Below are positions 16,756 to 18,382 of a stretch of 18,382 bases of DNA, piece by piece. The stretch lies in contig CP070698.1 of the NCBI GenBank assembly GCA_020349685.1, forward strand, positions 1,346,544 through 1,364,925, read 5' to 3'. Position 1 is the first letter of the stretch. Each line of letters begins with the position of its first letter. The notes beneath the pieces were generated by a model. That model saw only the letters and a list, made by a program, of their open reading frames with translations. It was not told the origin of the DNA and did no database searches. The position numbers and the translations under genes were made by a program. This DNA comes from a bacterium (GTDB lineage Bacteria > BMS3Abin14).

Positions 16756-17531
16756 CAGTTCCTCTTCTCCTCCCCGGGCGCCGCGTCCATCGTAAGGATC
16801 CTCGGGCCGTTCTCTGTCACTGCGATCGTGTGCTCAAAGTGTGCCGACAAGCTCCCGTCGCTGGTGACCGCTGTCCAGCCGTCATCGAGGACCTGAACGC
16901 CGTCGGACCCGGCATTGACCATCGGTTCTATGGCCAGCGTCATACCCTTCTTGAGCCGCACTCCCCACTGGGAGTCACCGTAGTTGGGTATCTGTGGTTC
17001 CTCGTGCAGGCTTCGACCTATCCCGTGACCAACGAAGACTTTTACGACCGAGAAACCGTTTTCCTCGACATAGCTCTGGACGGCATGGGAGATATCTCCG
17101 ACACGGTTTCCGACCAGAGCAGCTTCGATCCCTATGAAAAGAGCATCCCGGGTAACCTCCAGAAGACGCTGTGTCTCAGGAGATGTTTCGCCCACCGGAA
17201 GAGTCACGGCCGCGTCGGCATAGAATCCGTTGTGCAGAGCCCCGAAATCCAGCCCGACGATGTCCCCCTCCTCGAGAACCCTTTTCGTGGAGGGTATGCC
17301 GTGCACCACTTCCTCGTTTACTGACACACAGATGACAGCGGGGTATCCGTTGTAGCCCTTGAAAGCCGGCACAATCTCCAGTTCCCGGGCCTTCCTGTCA
17401 GCCTCTTGGGCTATGTCCATGGTGGTGATTCCGGGTCTCACCACCTCTTTCATCCTCTCGAGAACCTTCGCCACACACCGGCCACCCTCGTGCATAATGG
17501 CGATCTCGGCGGCCGACTTTCTGTGGATCAT
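16755..17531 (-). CDS. map: Methionine aminopeptidase type I
   Basis: [28 protein letters not shown] and SAHFEHT. TGATG overlap with infA. Confidence 0.98.
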   Translation of the reverse strand: MIHRKSAAEIAIMHEGGRCVAKVLERMKEVVRPGITTMDIAQEADRKARELEIVPAFKGYNGYPAVICVSVNEEVVHGIPSTKRVLEEGDIVGLDFGALHNGFYADAAVTLPVGETSPETQRLLEVTRDALFIGIEAALVGNRVGDISHAVQSYVEENGFSVVKVFVGHGIGRSLHEEPQIPNYGDSQWGVRLKKGMTLAIEPMVNAGSDGVQVLDDGWTAVTSDGSLSAHFEHTIAVTENGPRILTMDAAPGEEKRN

Positions 17532-17571
17532 ACTTTAACTATACACCGGAACCGCCATCCCTAAGGATGGC

Positions 17572-18216
17572 TCAGTTCCCCGCGGCATCGGCGATCCTCG
17601 AGAAGATCTCCTCGATGCTGCCTGTTCCATTTATGCGCCTGACCTTGCCCTGCTTTTCATAGTAGGCGATGAGGGGCCTGGTCTGCTCACCGTAAACCCT
17701 CAGGCGCTGGCGGATTGTTTCTTCCTTGTCGTCATCCCGCTGATAGAGCTCCCCTTTACAGCGGTCACAGACCCCCTCCTTGGCAGAAGGGTTAAAGACC
17801 ACGTGAAAGCTCTCGCCGCATCCCTTGCACATCCTGCGTCCCGTCAGGCGCGTGACGAGCTCCTCATCGTCCACATCGATGCTGATGACGTGGTCGATGT
17901 TCCTGCCCAGATCCTGGAGGATCCCCTGCAGGGCTTCGGCCTGGGGGATCGTCCTGGGAAAACCGTCGAGGATGAACCCTTCCGCGGCATCGTCCTCCTT
18001 GAGCCTCTCGGCGATAATGCCGATGACCACGCGGTCCGGAACCAGCTCACCGCGGTCCATGAAGCCTTTGGCCTCCACACCCAGGGGCGTGCCCTCGCGA
18101 ACAGCCGCGCGCAGAATATCACCCGTGGAAACCTGAGGGATCTGCCACTTGTCGATCATCAGTTTGGCCTGGGTTCCCTTGCCGGCTCCAGGCGGACCTA
18201 ACAGGATGAAATCCAT
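17572..18216 (-). CDS. adk: Adenylate kinase (Cys4 zinc lid)
   Basis: GPPGAGKGTQ, STGDILR, LDGFPR and CKGC..CDRC lid. Confidence 0.99.
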   Translation of the reverse strand: MDFILLGPPGAGKGTQAKLMIDKWQIPQVSTGDILRAAVREGTPLGVEAKGFMDRGELVPDRVVIGIIAERLKEDDAAEGFILDGFPRTIPQAEALQGILQDLGRNIDHVISIDVDDEELVTRLTGRRMCKGCGESFHVVFNPSAKEGVCDRCKGELYQRDDDKEETIRQRLRVYGEQTRPLIAYYEKQGKVRRINGTGSIEEIFSRIADAAGN

Positions 18217-18382
18217 TATCGTCTCCCCTTGATTCTGCCCTTCTTCATGAAACCTTCATAGTGGCGGGTTACCAGGTGGGTCTCCACCTGGGTAACGGTA
18301 TCGAGCGCCACGCCGATGACAATGAGAAGACCTGTTCCGCCGAAATAGAAAGGCACGTTAAAAATCCTGTAAAGGATCTCCG
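18216..18382 (-). CDS. secY: Preprotein translocase SecY, C-terminal fragment (runs off the window)
   Basis: Manual translation gives ..[53 protein letters not shown] overlap with adk. Confidence 0.95.
   Translation of the reverse strand, partial: EILYRIFNVPFYFGGTGLLIVIGVALDTVTQVETHLVTRHYEGFMKKGRIKGRR

Overview
GC-rich bacterial housekeeping region. The gene set (LptD, TrpB2, AccD-FolC) suggests a diderm of Desulfobacterota/deltaproteobacterial type, which is an inference. All supported genes lie on the minus strand. In transcription order they are: secY (3' end), adk, map, infA, rpmJ, rpsM, rpsK, rpsD, rpoA, a 363-bp hairpin-repeat insert, rplQ, a terminator, a fused ECF-type double ATPase, trpB2, accD, folC, lptD, a small single-TM ORF, lepA, lepB, a membrane protein and yajQ. 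The genes are mostly ordinary; the unusual signal is non-coding. Almost every sizeable intergenic gap from 1 to about 13900 holds repeats. These include degenerate tandem arrays of 7-, 8- and 9-mers with many different consensus units, often as inverted pairs around an AT-richer spacer and often next to start codons. There is also a 124-bp-period pair of ERIC/RPE-like hairpin elements, a dRS3/REP-like hairpin, and about 2.5 copies of a roughly 127-bp four-hairpin unit with compensatory changes between rpoA and rplQ. No transposase, nuclease or reverse transcriptase that could explain them is encoded in the window.
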